Assembly (NCBI GenBank): GCA_963783385.1
Contig: CAWANJ010000009.1
Location: forward strand, 672,001 to 736,000
Source: an uncultured Gemmatimonadales bacterium
GTDB taxonomy: Bacteria > Gemmatimonadota > Gemmatimonadetes > Palauibacterales > Palauibacteraceae
Length of the DNA: 64,000 bases
Reading direction: 5' to 3'
The notes under the pieces are model-generated. The model saw only the letters and a program-made list of their open reading frames with translations. It searched no databases and was not told the origin of the DNA. The position numbers and the translations under genes were made by a program. Positions 12,288 through 21,450 of this stretch are shown piece by piece (within the stretch, counting starts at the first letter, position 1; the number at the start of each line of letters is the position of its first letter).

Positions 12288-13532
12288 TCATCGTGGGGGC
12301 GAGCCCGCCCCCCGGTCCAGGGTCATGACGACCACGTACGGGACCCCGAGATCGTCCGTGATCACCGTCACGATGCGGTCGCCGGTCACGACCGTCGTCC
12401 AGGGCTTCATCTCCACGGGAGGATGCAGGGCGCCCAGGTATGCTCCACGAGGGTTGAACAGGTCCCACGCCGGCGTCGCTCCTGCCTCCTGGAATGGCCG
12501 CACCCACAGGTAGCCGGCGCTGTCGACCAGGAGGTTCCGGATGGCGGGTTTGTGGTCCGGGATCTGGTCCGGATGGACCGTCCCGCCCTGCTTCGTGAAG
12601 TAGGCCAGTCTCGCGATGGCGCTGTCCCGCTCGCTGCCGCTGACCGGGACCGCCCGGTAATCCCGGTCGATCTCCCGGAGGGTGTCGCCGGCGGGTCCGA
12701 TCTCGACCAGCCGGTACGGGGACCCGAGACCGATCCACAGGTGCCCGCCCGGGCCGACCGTCCAGCTGGCCCTGGGGGCAAACGGCACATCCACCGAGGT
12801 CATGCCCACCACCTTCCCTCCCGACCGGACCGTGTGCGTCCAGGGCGCCAGCCCGCCAGGCCGGCTCGGCATGGGCAGCGTGTCCACCGGCGTCAGGGCG
12901 CTGTCCTCGATGACGATGCCCTGGCTGTCGACGCTGAACCCGGTGAAGATGGCCTGAAACCATCGTGAGCCGCCGAAGAAGCCGCACCGACACGGGAAGA
13001 AGGAGCTATGGGCCTGGTGCTCGGAAACGACCCTGCCGGCGGTGTCGAAGACCGTGATCCGTGTGTTCTTCGGGTCCATGACCCACATGCGTCCGGCGGG
13101 GCCCCGGGAGATCCCGGTGAGGGCCTTGAACTCCCCGGGCCCTCCGCCCTCGTGTCCGACGGTCCGGACGAAGCTCCCGTCCGGGTCGAACACGCGGACC
13201 TCCTTCGCCTGCCCGTCGGCCACCCACACGCGCCCCAGGGGATCGAGCGCGAGGCCGATCACTCGGCCGAAGGAAGCCGGCGTCCCGCCCTCGCGGCTGC
13301 CGATCCGGGCCAGGACCCGGACCTGCCAGGCGCTGTCGAGGTCCGTGATGCCGCGGGCCGGATTCCGGACGACGATGCGGCCGGACGGGAGGGTATCGAT
13401 CCGGGCCCTCCGCGTGGAACCGGTTCCACCGGCGCAGGCGGTACCGACCAGCGACGCGAGGAGGAGCGGCAGGAGACGCGTCACGCTCCCCGGTCGGCGG
13501 ACACCGGCGGCGCTCGAGGTCTCCGCGCTCAT
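12288..13532 (-). CDS. 6-bladed beta-propeller (NHL-like) lipoprotein
   Basis: Lipobox-like GTAC; LDPLGRVWVADGQ; GHEGGGPGEF; C-terminal DDLGVPYVVV. Confidence 0.82.
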   Translation of the reverse strand: MSAETSSAAGVRRPGSVTRLLPLLLASLVGTACAGGTGSTRRARIDTLPSGRIVVRNPARGITDLDSAWQVRVLARIGSREGGTPASFGRVIGLALDPLGRVWVADGQAKEVRVFDPDGSFVRTVGHEGGGPGEFKALTGISRGPAGRMWVMDPKNTRITVFDTAGRVVSEHQAHSSFFPCRCGFFGGSRWFQAIFTGFSVDSQGIVIEDSALTPVDTLPMPSRPGGLAPWTHTVRSGGKVVGMTSVDVPFAPRASWTVGPGGHLWIGLGSPYRLVEIGPAGDTLREIDRDYRAVPVSGSERDSAIARLAYFTKQGGTVHPDQIPDHKPAIRNLLVDSAGYLWVRPFQEAGATPAWDLFNPRGAYLGALHPPVEMKPWTTVVTGDRIVTVITDDLGVPYVVVMTLDRGAGSPPR

Positions 13533-14823
13533 CGAGCGTCCTTCTTCACCCAGGGGTAGAGGACGACCCTCTGCACACCGAGATCGTCCCGGGTGCGGCC
13601 CAGGACGAAATCCGGTCCCACCTGCAGGACGTGGAGGCCCGCCGGGGCCGTGGCCACCGCGACCAGCGAGCCGTCGGGCGCGAGGACGATCCAGCGGCCG
13701 ACGCCCTCCGGGTCGGGGCTCGACTCCTTCACCCACACGTCCCCCGAGGCGCCGACCTTCAGGTCCGCGAAGGCGGGAAGCGTGTGACGGGGCGTGGCTT
13801 TCCGGATGTGCTCGACCACCTGTTTGGCGAAGCGGCTACCCGCCGCACCGGGCATCTGGCTCAGCTCCCGCTTGACGTCCGCGATGCGCCGCTTCCGCTG
13901 CGCCGAGATCTGCCGATCGGTCACGGCCCTCGGCGCCCGGTCCATGCGGATCCGCACGCGCAGCTTCCCGCCGGGATCGAGCGCGTCGAACTTCCAGCGG
14001 GCATCGTCTCCAACGTAGACGCGTTCTCCGGCGGCGGCCACATGCGAGGCTCGCCCGAACAGCACCGCATTGGCCTGGAAGGTGCCGTTCGGATGGCTCA
14101 CCTCGGTCTCCCGCCCGGGCACCGAAATGAGCGTGTCGGGGGCCGACGATCCGGCCGAGCGGAGAAGCACGGCCTCGGTGTCCCGGTGGACGCCGTCGGC
14201 GGCGCTCATCATCGCCTGCGGCGAGATTCCCGCGCTCGTCGCCACGCGATCGCCGTCCACGACGCCATACAGCTGAGCCAGGCTCATCGTCCCCGATGCC
14301 GAGTGGAGCGTGAAGCCTCCCGCGAACGCGCCCGCCGACGTGAACAGGACGAGGTGGAGGGCGAGGGGGTCCCAGGCGCGACCGTGTCCCCGGGCAACAT
14401 GACCAGCTTCTGCAGGGCCCGGAATTCTTGCGGACCGCTGCCCTTCCCTCCCGCCGTCCACAGGTGGCGTCCCCTCGCGTCGAACGCCCGCAGCTCGCCC
14501 GCCTGGCCGTCCGCCACGACCACGCCGCCGTCCGGCAGACGGACGGCGTCGACGACCCGGCCGAACGCCTGCGGTCCGCCCCCCTCCGCCTTGCCCAGCC
14601 GGAGCGCCGGCTCATCCGCGACCGTCCATTCCGGAAGGTGCGGGGCGGACTTCGAGGCACCGGCGAGCCCGTACGGCACCGGATCCGTGACCAGCGTCAC
14701 GCCCGCGCTGTCCCGGCGCGTGGCGGTCGCGACCCCGGAGGCGTCGCTCTCGCCGCCGCAGGCCACGAGAGAGCCCAGCGCGCTGACGGCGAGGAGCGCG
14801 GCCACGCGAGACCCCGCCCTCAC
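13529..14823 (-). CDS. 6-bladed beta-propeller lipoprotein; frameshift ~14380
   Basis: LVACGG lipobox; RRDSAGVTLV; GGKGSGPQEF; C-terminal DDLGVQRVVLY; GTG preceded by GGGGAG; stop overlaps the next ATG. Confidence 0.78.
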
Positions 14824-14953
14824 GACGCTCCCCGCACGACCCGGTACTTCGTGACCCAATGGATGTCGAGCGGGCCCCTGCTCACGGCGGCGATCGGGCC
14901 ACCCGGGAGAAACGTCCCGGGCCGAGGGGGGTCGGCCCGAAGGGTGCCTGGTA

Positions 14954-16211
14954 CACCTGCTCGGAAGTTCGATCACGTATGTTACGCTGCGAGGCGCGCG
15001 TGAGCGTCGTAGCGAGCCAGGAGCTGGTCGAGGTCGGCGCGGGTGAACCTCCAGTCGGAGGGACGAGCGACGGCCTCGTGATGCTCCTGAAAGCCGAGGA
15101 GGCGCTCGCGAGCGGCCTCGAAGCAGGTGCAGTCGTCAGGTGTCCAGGCTTTGCGCGCGACCACGGAGAAGTAGATCTCGATTTGGTTGAGCCAGCTGGC
15201 ATGAACGGGCAAATGCACGAGGTGCAGAGGAGGCCAGCGGCTCTCCAAGCGCTCGATCGCACGCCGGCCGCGATGGATGCCGCCGTTGTCGACGATCCAG
15301 AAGACGCGGTGTGCCCAAATGCAGGGCTCCTCGAGCATGACGTGGGCCACCAGCCGGTCGAAGGTCTCGATGGTCGAGCGGGGGGGACCACGTGGCCGAA
15401 GAGACGGGCCTGGTGAACATCCCAGGCGGCCTGATAGGCACAGGTGCCGTGACGCCGATACTCGTGTTCGACGCGCATCGGGCGGCCCGGCCCCGGTGGC
15501 GTCGAGGGGTGGCGCCGCTCGCGGATCTGGAGCTGGGTCTTCTCGTCGGCGCTCAAGACGAAGTCCGCCTCGCCCAGGGGCTCACCCTGCCACCTGCGGT
15601 GCTGGAGGTCGAGCACAACGGCGGCCTTCTCAGCGAACCGGGGATCGCGAGGGAAGATCCACCTCGCCGGCTCCACGGCCGGATCGCATCCGCATCGAGC
15701 CAGCGCCAGATCGTCGAGCCGGAGATCTCGGCCACAATCCCCTGGCGCAGCACCTCGCGCCGGAGCTCTTCTCGGCTCCACCTCGAGAGGGGCCGGCCCG
15801 ACGCGGCCGGCAGGCTGCAGGCCAGCGCCTTGACCTCACACACGATCCGAGGGGGAAGAACCCGGGGGGCGTCCCCGGCGCGGCTTCTCCTCCAGCCCGG
15901 CCATGCGCCGTTGGTAGAACCGCTTCCGCCACTTGCTCGCCACCTCCCGGGGGAGGTCCAGTCGCTCTCCGATTGCTTTGTTCTCCAAGCCCTCGGCCGC
16001 GAGCAGGATGATCTTGGCCCTCACGACATCCCGATACGGCAACGTATACCGGCGGCTCCGCCGCTCCAGGGTCTCCCTCTCCTCCCGCGTCAGATCAATG
16101 GTGTACGGGCTTTTCCGCGGCATCGTCCCCTCCACCCTGAGTGTGAGGAAGCGATACCGCCGAGCCCCTGGTTGCGCCAGATCTATACGTGATCATACTT
16201 GTGGCAACGCG
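14954..16211 (-). mobile_element. IS630-family insertion sequence
   Basis: Imperfect 30-nt inverted repeats including the flanking TA: GTACacctgctcggAAGTtcGATCACGTAT (14951-14980) vs the reverse complement of 16185-16214; TA on both sides; transposase inside. Confidence 0.88.
14982..16123 (-). CDS. IS630-family transposase, split over several frames
   Basis: HTH part RAKIILLAAEG..KWRKRF; DDE segments SADEKTQLQ, VDNGGIH, HASWLNQIEIYFS. Confidence 0.9.
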
Positions 16212-16307
16212 TACCAGATACTCTCCCTGCGGCGACAGGACGTCGATCGGCCCGGGAGTGCCGCGACCGATGACCTTCCGCTGGATCCACACCGTGCCGT
16301 CCGGCGC

Positions 16308-16609
16308 AGGGTAGTCTTGCTATGCTTCGTTTGGTCAAGAACACCATCAAACGCAAAACCCAGCAATTCGATTTGCCGGCGCTCTTGTCGTGTCGGCCGC
16401 CGGTTCAGAATCAAACGCACAGCATCTGGATCTTTCACTTTCAACCCCTGCCACATCAGCATATTGGGGTCGCAACTCAGGCACCTAGCCGGATCATAGA
16501 GCACGACAATTGTGGAATCGTCAGAAACGAGATCGCGCACCGTCGTGCCCGAGACCAGGAGCGGCTCAGAACGACTGCAACCGCATATGCACACTCCAGC
16601 GACGAGCAC
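16308..16609 (-). pseudogene. truncated putative lipoprotein with CxxC (thioredoxin-like)
   Basis: VLVAGVCICGCS signal/lipobox-like; VVLYDPARCLSC; runs into the orphan propeller 3' end at ~16308; start uncertain. Confidence 0.45.
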
Positions 16610-16642
16610 CCACAGGCCCCGTCTGGATCCAGAATGCCGCGA

Positions 16643-17716
16643 TCATCGACTGCCGTCGGTCGAAAAGACAAAGACCCTCTCACCGTTGTCCGCCATCACG
16701 AAGAACCGACCTCCGTGGTCATCCACCGTCAAGGCCCCGGGAGACGACACCCCATGAAGGCTCAGGCGCCCATCGAGATGGCCTGTCCCGGAGGCGAACT
16801 GCCATACGATGGCGGAGTCGGCGTCCGGCGAGCTCAAGAGCCAGACCTCCTCGTCCTTCTCGGCGAGCTCGAGATCGGCGAAGAGTCGGTAGGGATGTAT
16901 CCGTCGGGGATTCGGCTCGTTCAGGTTCTGGGCCCTGTACGCTTCCAAGAGCTTCGTGAACAACGGATCGTCCAGCGTCGTCCCCCAAACCAGCGTCGAA
17001 TCGCGCGAGTACTTCCTCAACCACCCGGCGCCCAGAGAGGCGACGTACACATCTTCCGAGGCGTCCTGTGCTACCAGCACGTTGTTGGCGAACAGCTGGG
17101 GCAACTCGTGACGGGCCACCTCGCGCTTGAGATCCGTCGGAGAGAGGGGAAGAGGAAGCGGCGGTACAGGTACCAGACTGCCCAGTCTCCCGGTGGAGTC
17201 ATGGAGTGTGAGCAAATGGCCGTCGAATCCGCCTGTAGGGTTGAGCACCATACCCGTCGGGCCCAGCGCCGTGTTGGTTGAATAGGCACGAGCCTCGAGG
17301 GGAAAAGAACGGCCATCCGCGCAGTTCGAGGACACGAGGAGGATACGGCCATTCCCACTGTCGACGATCCAGAGGCGATCACCCAGGACTTCCAGGGCCG
17401 TGGGACTGCGTACTTCGTTCGGTCCAGACCCGGTCGCACAGATGACCCGCGAACTCCGCGTGGCCAGATCGATACGGATGATCCTGCTGCCGACACCATC
17501 AGCAACGAACAAGGCTCTACGAGCGGGCCACAGGACCATGTCAGCCGCGAACCCGAGCCACAGTTTCGGGGGCAGTTGAAGGCTATCGACCGGGAAGATC
17601 ACCTCGGTGGAAGGTGAAGGAGCGGGTGGCGGCCGTCGCCCCTGGCACCCGACCAAGGCTATCGGCAGCAGAAGGAGACGAAGGCGCAGGGGTAGGTGTC
17701 TCGTCCTGCGCCTCAC
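16643..17716 (-). CDS. divergent 6-bladed beta-propeller lipoprotein (lower GC)
   Basis: LLLLPIALVGC lipobox; LFVADGVGSRI; GSGPNEVRSPT; LWIVDSGNGRI; uninterrupted ORF; GTG 17716 is the likely start. Confidence 0.75.
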   Translation of the reverse strand: MRRRTRHLPLRLRLLLLPIALVGCQGRRPPPAPSPSTEVIFPVDSLQLPPKLWLGFAADMVLWPARRALFVADGVGSRIIRIDLATRSSRVICATGSGPNEVRSPTALEVLGDRLWIVDSGNGRILLVSSNCADGRSFPLEARAYSTNTALGPTGMVLNPTGGFDGHLLTLHDSTGRLGSLVPVPPLPLPLSPTDLKREVARHELPQLFANNVLVAQDASEDVYVASLGAGWLRKYSRDSTLVWGTTLDDPLFTKLLEAYRAQNLNEPNPRRIHPYRLFADLELAEKDEEVWLLSSPDADSAIVWQFASGTGHLDGRLSLHGVSSPGALTVDDHGGRFFVMADNGERVFVFSTDGSR

Positions 17717-17919
17717 AGGTTCCGGTAGCTGCGAGTCGGCAGCCGTAGGGCATGGGCGAAGCGGTGTTCGAAACAGCCGGGCTGCCTCGTATGGGTCGCG
17801 AGAGAATTCCTCATTCGGCACTGCACGCCCACTCGCACGATGGGTCTGCAGCGCCCGATCTCAAGCCGCCATCTCCATGCCCCGAACGTGATTCGATCCC
17901 ACAAACTTCCACGATTTTG

Positions 17920-17949
17920 ATTCTAATCCCTCCCAACGATTGTCGTCAA
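17920..17949 (-). promoter_or_regulatory. sigma70-type promoter of the low-GC cassette
   Basis: TTGACG (17949-17944)-N18-TAGAAT (17925-17920). Confidence 0.6.
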
Positions 17950-17959
17950 GCCCTCGACA

Positions 17960-18061
17960 GATCGAGCCGCTCCACCCCGGACGCGCTTCCCTCCCGCCGC
18001 AGACTCCGAAGGTCGTCGCGCCGAAGGAGAGGAGCGCGACCGTCCACGACCAAGCCCTCAT
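17960..18061 (-). pseudogene. truncated 5' end of another lipoprotein gene
   Basis: ATGA overlap with the upstream stop; MRAWSWTVALLSFGATTFGVCGG resembles the array signal peptides, then runs into lower-GC sequence. Confidence 0.4.
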
Positions 18062-19246
18062 GAGGCCGAGCGCTCGATCCGGTACTCCGTGACCCGTTCC
18101 ACGCCGAGCGAGTCCTTGGCCACGGCCGCCACCCGCCGACCGGGGAGGAAGGCGCCCGGCAGCGGCGTGCCCGCCGGCAGCGTGCCCAGGTACTCTCCCT
18201 GCGGCGAGAGGACGTCGATCGGCCCGTGCGCGTCGCGCCCAACGACCTTGCGCTCGATCCACACCGAGCCGTCCGGGGCGAGCGCCAGCTTGGCGATGAC
18301 GGGGATGGAGGACTGCGGCGCCCGCCTTGCTCACCACCTCGTCCGCCTTGCACACCCGGGGGCTCCCTCCCCCGACCCCGATGGGCAGGCCGTCACCGAG
18401 GTCGCGGCGGGCCAGCGCCTCGCTGGCCGGCCGGGGCCGGATGTCGCGGCGGTACGAGGCCACCAGCGAGTCGCCGCGGAACCGGTCTACGACATATTCG
18501 GCGCCGTCCGTCGCCACGACCTCGTCGCCGCGGCCGGCCCACCGGATGCGCGGGGTGAACACCGGTTGCATTCGAAGGCCGATCCCGCAGCTCGTGAACA
18601 TGGCCACCGGAGGGCAAGCCGAGGCTCTTGCGGGCCAGCTCCGTCGTGTCCCGTCCCGCGACGCGCAGGAGGCGACGGACCACCGAGTCACGCCGCGTCA
18701 CGTCCTGGAACACGCCCACGAACCCCCTCGGCGTCGCCATCGGGGCTCCCCACGCGAAGATGGACAGGTGGCGGGAGGGGAGCGGCTCGCCCGACGGAGC
18801 GTAGCCGACGAACCCCTGGAAGCGCTCGTCGTAGACCCGGACCGACCCGTCCGGCCGCACGGTGATCGAGAAGGGCATGGAGAGCTCGCCGGGACCCTGC
18901 CCGGCCTCCCCCTCGGTGCGCACCAGGTCGCCCCTTCGGGCCGAAGACGACGACCCGTTTGTTCCCCTCATCCAGCACGTACAGGTCGCCCGCCGAGTCC
19001 GCCCCCAGCCCCGCCACCTGGAAGAACGACTCGGGTCCCGACTCGGCCCCTCCCACCGTGAACAGCGGCTTCAGGGTCCAGGCGAGGGGCCGGTCCGCGC
19101 CGGACGTTGCGCACGATCGCGACGCCGGCGGAGTCGGTGCGGGCGGAGGTCGCCGACCCGCCGTCCGATCCGCCACACGCGCTGCCGAGCACGCCGAGGC
19201 TGGCGAGGCCGATTGCCGCGAGCACGGCTGTACTCCGGATCCGCAT
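18058..19246 (-). CDS. 6-bladed beta-propeller lipoprotein; several frameshifts
   Basis: MRIRSTAVLAAIGLASLGVLGSACGG; RTDSAGVAIV; DSAGDLYVLDEGN; GEAGQGPGEL; C-terminal DSLGVERVTEY. Confidence 0.8.
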
Positions 19247-19439
19247 GGGCACGATCCCGCAGGAGGGGACGGCTTGTCCGGGAGATTCGGAAAAAAATGG
19301 GTGGACTGCGGGGGGACCGGCAAGCGGACGGCCGCCCCGGGGCGGCGATGGGTCGGGCCGATTCGGGCGGACCGGCGGGGAGGGCACCCGGAGCCGATCC
19401 GCCCGCGCCGGAGTCAGGCGGAGATCGTCGGAGGAGCGC

Positions 19440-19842
19440 TCAGGAGGCGGGAGCCGGCTTCTCCGCCCGCGTCCGACTCCGCAGCGCCCGGAGCCCGAAC
19501 CACAGCAGGAGGGACGACGCCAAGCACGAGAAAGCCGAAGATGCTCGTGGTGAGCGAGACCTTGAGGCCGCCCCACAGGAGCGCCGGCTGGACCCCGCCC
19601 CGCGCGGTCACGCGCTCGGCCACGTTCGCCATCATGGCCCAGCCGACCAGCGTGCCGAGGACGCCCAGCACGGCGCCCAGTCCTCCCCAGGCGAGCACGA
19701 TCCCGGGCTCGGCCTCCGCCGCGCCGCGGCCCCGGCCGGCCCACATCTTCCACCCCTCCTGCGCGGCCGCGCCCACCACGAGGACCGCCGTGCCGAGGAT
19801 CGGCCACATCATCACGCCTCCGTCCCTGAACCACTCACTCAT
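19440..19842 (-). CDS. small MotA/TolQ/ExbB-like membrane protein; probable frameshift near the C-terminus
   Basis: MSEWFRDGGVMMWPI; LGVLGTLVGW; LWGGLKVSLTTSIFG. Confidence 0.65.
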
Positions 19843-20653
19843 CGGATGTCTCCTTCGGTAGAGGTTCGAAGCTCGCGAGCCCCGCGCGGGACCGGGCGAG
19901 AGCCCGATGCCGTCCGCCAGGGCTTCCCGCACCGCGTCGCGCGCCCGCTCGACCGCCCGGGCCCGCCGCCGGAGCAGGAGCCACACGCCGGCGAGCACCA
20001 GGGCCGACGTGAGCCCCAGGGCGCCCAGGCCCGCCGCCTTCGCGATCCCGTGCCACAGGGCCGTCCGGCCCCGTGCGGCCGTGCTCCGCGGCGCCGGCGA
20101 TCCCGGCCAGGACGACCAGAGCGCCCAGCGCGCTCGTCGTGAGGCAGGCCATGGCCAGGCCCGGCAGGACGCGGAGGCTGGCGACGGGGTGGGCCGTGAT
20201 CCGGCGCGGCCGCACGAACAGCGCGAGGCCGTGCGCCAGGCCCGCCCCCGCTCCCAGCCCCGCCAGGGCGAGGACCGCCCACGTCCACGGGGACGGCTCG
20301 GCGGCCACGGGGGACCGCCACACCGCGTAGGCGCCCACCGCCGCCGCGAGCGCCGCCACCAGCACGACGAGGGCGCTCTCCAGCCGGTGCGCCCCCGCGC
20401 CCGCCACCCGGTCCAGCACTCCCGCCATCCGGGAGCCGTGCGTCCGGCCCATCTCGGCCAGCACCTCCGGGGAGGCGCCCAGGAGGCGCACGGCGCGCTC
20501 GCGCGCCTCCTCCTCGTCCAGCCCCCGCTCCCGGTAGCTGCGGTAGAGGTCCTCGAGGTCGGAGGCCATCTCGAGCAGGATCCGGGAGCGGCGCGGCTCC
20601 GGGACCCGGAGCCCGGCCTCAGCCCTCCGCAGGACGCGCTCGAAGACTTCCAC
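19839..20653 (-). CDS. membrane protein with N-terminal HAAS/permease-prefix-like helical domain; frameshifted
   Basis: GGAGG RBS + GTG; RRSRILLEMASDLEDLYRSYRERGLDEEEARERAVRLLG followed by ~4 hydrophobic segments. Confidence 0.65.
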
Positions 20654-20982
20654 GCCTGACCTCCTCGAGGATGTCCATGAGCCGGTCGAACACGGCCGAC
20701 AGGCTGCCCGCCTCCTCCCCCAGCTGGCGCCGCCCCGCCGCCGTGAGGTGATACTCCTTCCGGCGGCGGCCTTCCTCCGTCCACCGACCCTCGATGGCGC
20801 CCTCCTTCTCCAGCCGGTGGAGGATCGGGTACAGGGTCCCGTGCTGGAGCTCGAACGCTCCCCGGGTGTCCTGCTCGACGTCGAGCGCGATCTGGTAGCC
20901 GTGCTTCGGCCTCCTCCCGGAGGCTCGACAGCACCAGCAGCTCGTTGATGCGGCGACCGACGGTCTGCGTGTCCAGCGACAC
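20619..20982 (-). CDS. PadR-family transcriptional regulator; frameshift ~20910
   Basis: INELLVLSSL, KHGYQIALDVEQ, HGTLYPILHRLEKEGAI, RRKEYHLTAAGR. Confidence 0.88.
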
Positions 20983-21014
20983 CGGGCTCCCTCCCGTTGG
21001 TGAGAGGATCTTTA

Positions 21015-21052
21015 TATAGATCATCTATACTATGGTGCGTTCCGGGCGTCAA
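21015..21052 (-). promoter_or_regulatory. padR promoter with overlapping palindromic operator
   Basis: TTGACG (21052-21047)-N17-TATAGA; perfect inverted repeat TATAGAT-C-ATCTATA at 21015-21029. Confidence 0.65.
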
Positions 21053-21188
21053 CCCGGGTCGGACTAGGGCTCCGGGCACGGAAAAGGACGGGGGTGGAGG
21101 AGCGCGGCAGGCGGCGCGGAATGACCGCGGGGGGCAACCACGGGGAGACCGAGGCGCTCCACGGCGAGGTGGAGCCGACACGCGAGAG

Positions 21189-21259
21189 AGGCGCCGTCCG
21201 GATTCGAACCGGAGTAGGGGGCTTTGCAGGCCCCTGCCTAGCCACTCGGCCACGGCGCC
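21189..21259 (-). tRNA. tRNA-Cys(GCA), CCA not encoded
   Basis: GGCGCCG acceptor stem, anticodon arm GGGGC-CTGCAAA-GCCCC, T-loop GTTCGAATC, U discriminator. Confidence 0.97.
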
Positions 21260-21450
21260 GTCCCGTACAGGGTAGGACGACGGGCGCGCCGCGAAAAGCC
21301 CGGTGCGATCGTCACGCGCGCGGGTCCGGCCGCCTGTCGCGGGCGCGCCGGCGCGCCTATACTGCCCGCTCGGGCGGTCCGGCCGGGCTGCGGGCTCCAC
21401 CGCCGGCCGCCCCCGATGACGCCGAGCCCGCCCCGTCCGAGCCGGAGCCT

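Larger units (their letters stand above)
14820..16307 (-). pseudogene. orphan 3' end of a beta-propeller gene (paralog of 18058..18279), split by IS630
   Basis: 16307-16214 encodes APDGTVWIQRKVIGRGTPGPIDVLSPQGEYL; 14948-14820 encodes GTLRADPPRPGTFLPGGPIAAVSRGPLDIHWVTKYRVVRGAS*; collinear with the C-terminus of the 19246..18058 gene. Confidence 0.8.

Noticed and set aside
16610-16646. In-frame TGA between the propeller ORF and the CxxC ORF as selenocysteine or readthrough
   Set aside because: The TGA is at the natural protein end, not in a redox motif; no SECIS recognised; the ATGA overlap suggests a separate gene
12288-19246. Integron or DGR driving the lipoprotein array
   Set aside because: No integrase, attC-like sites or reverse transcriptase seen; repeat mismatches are not adenine-specific
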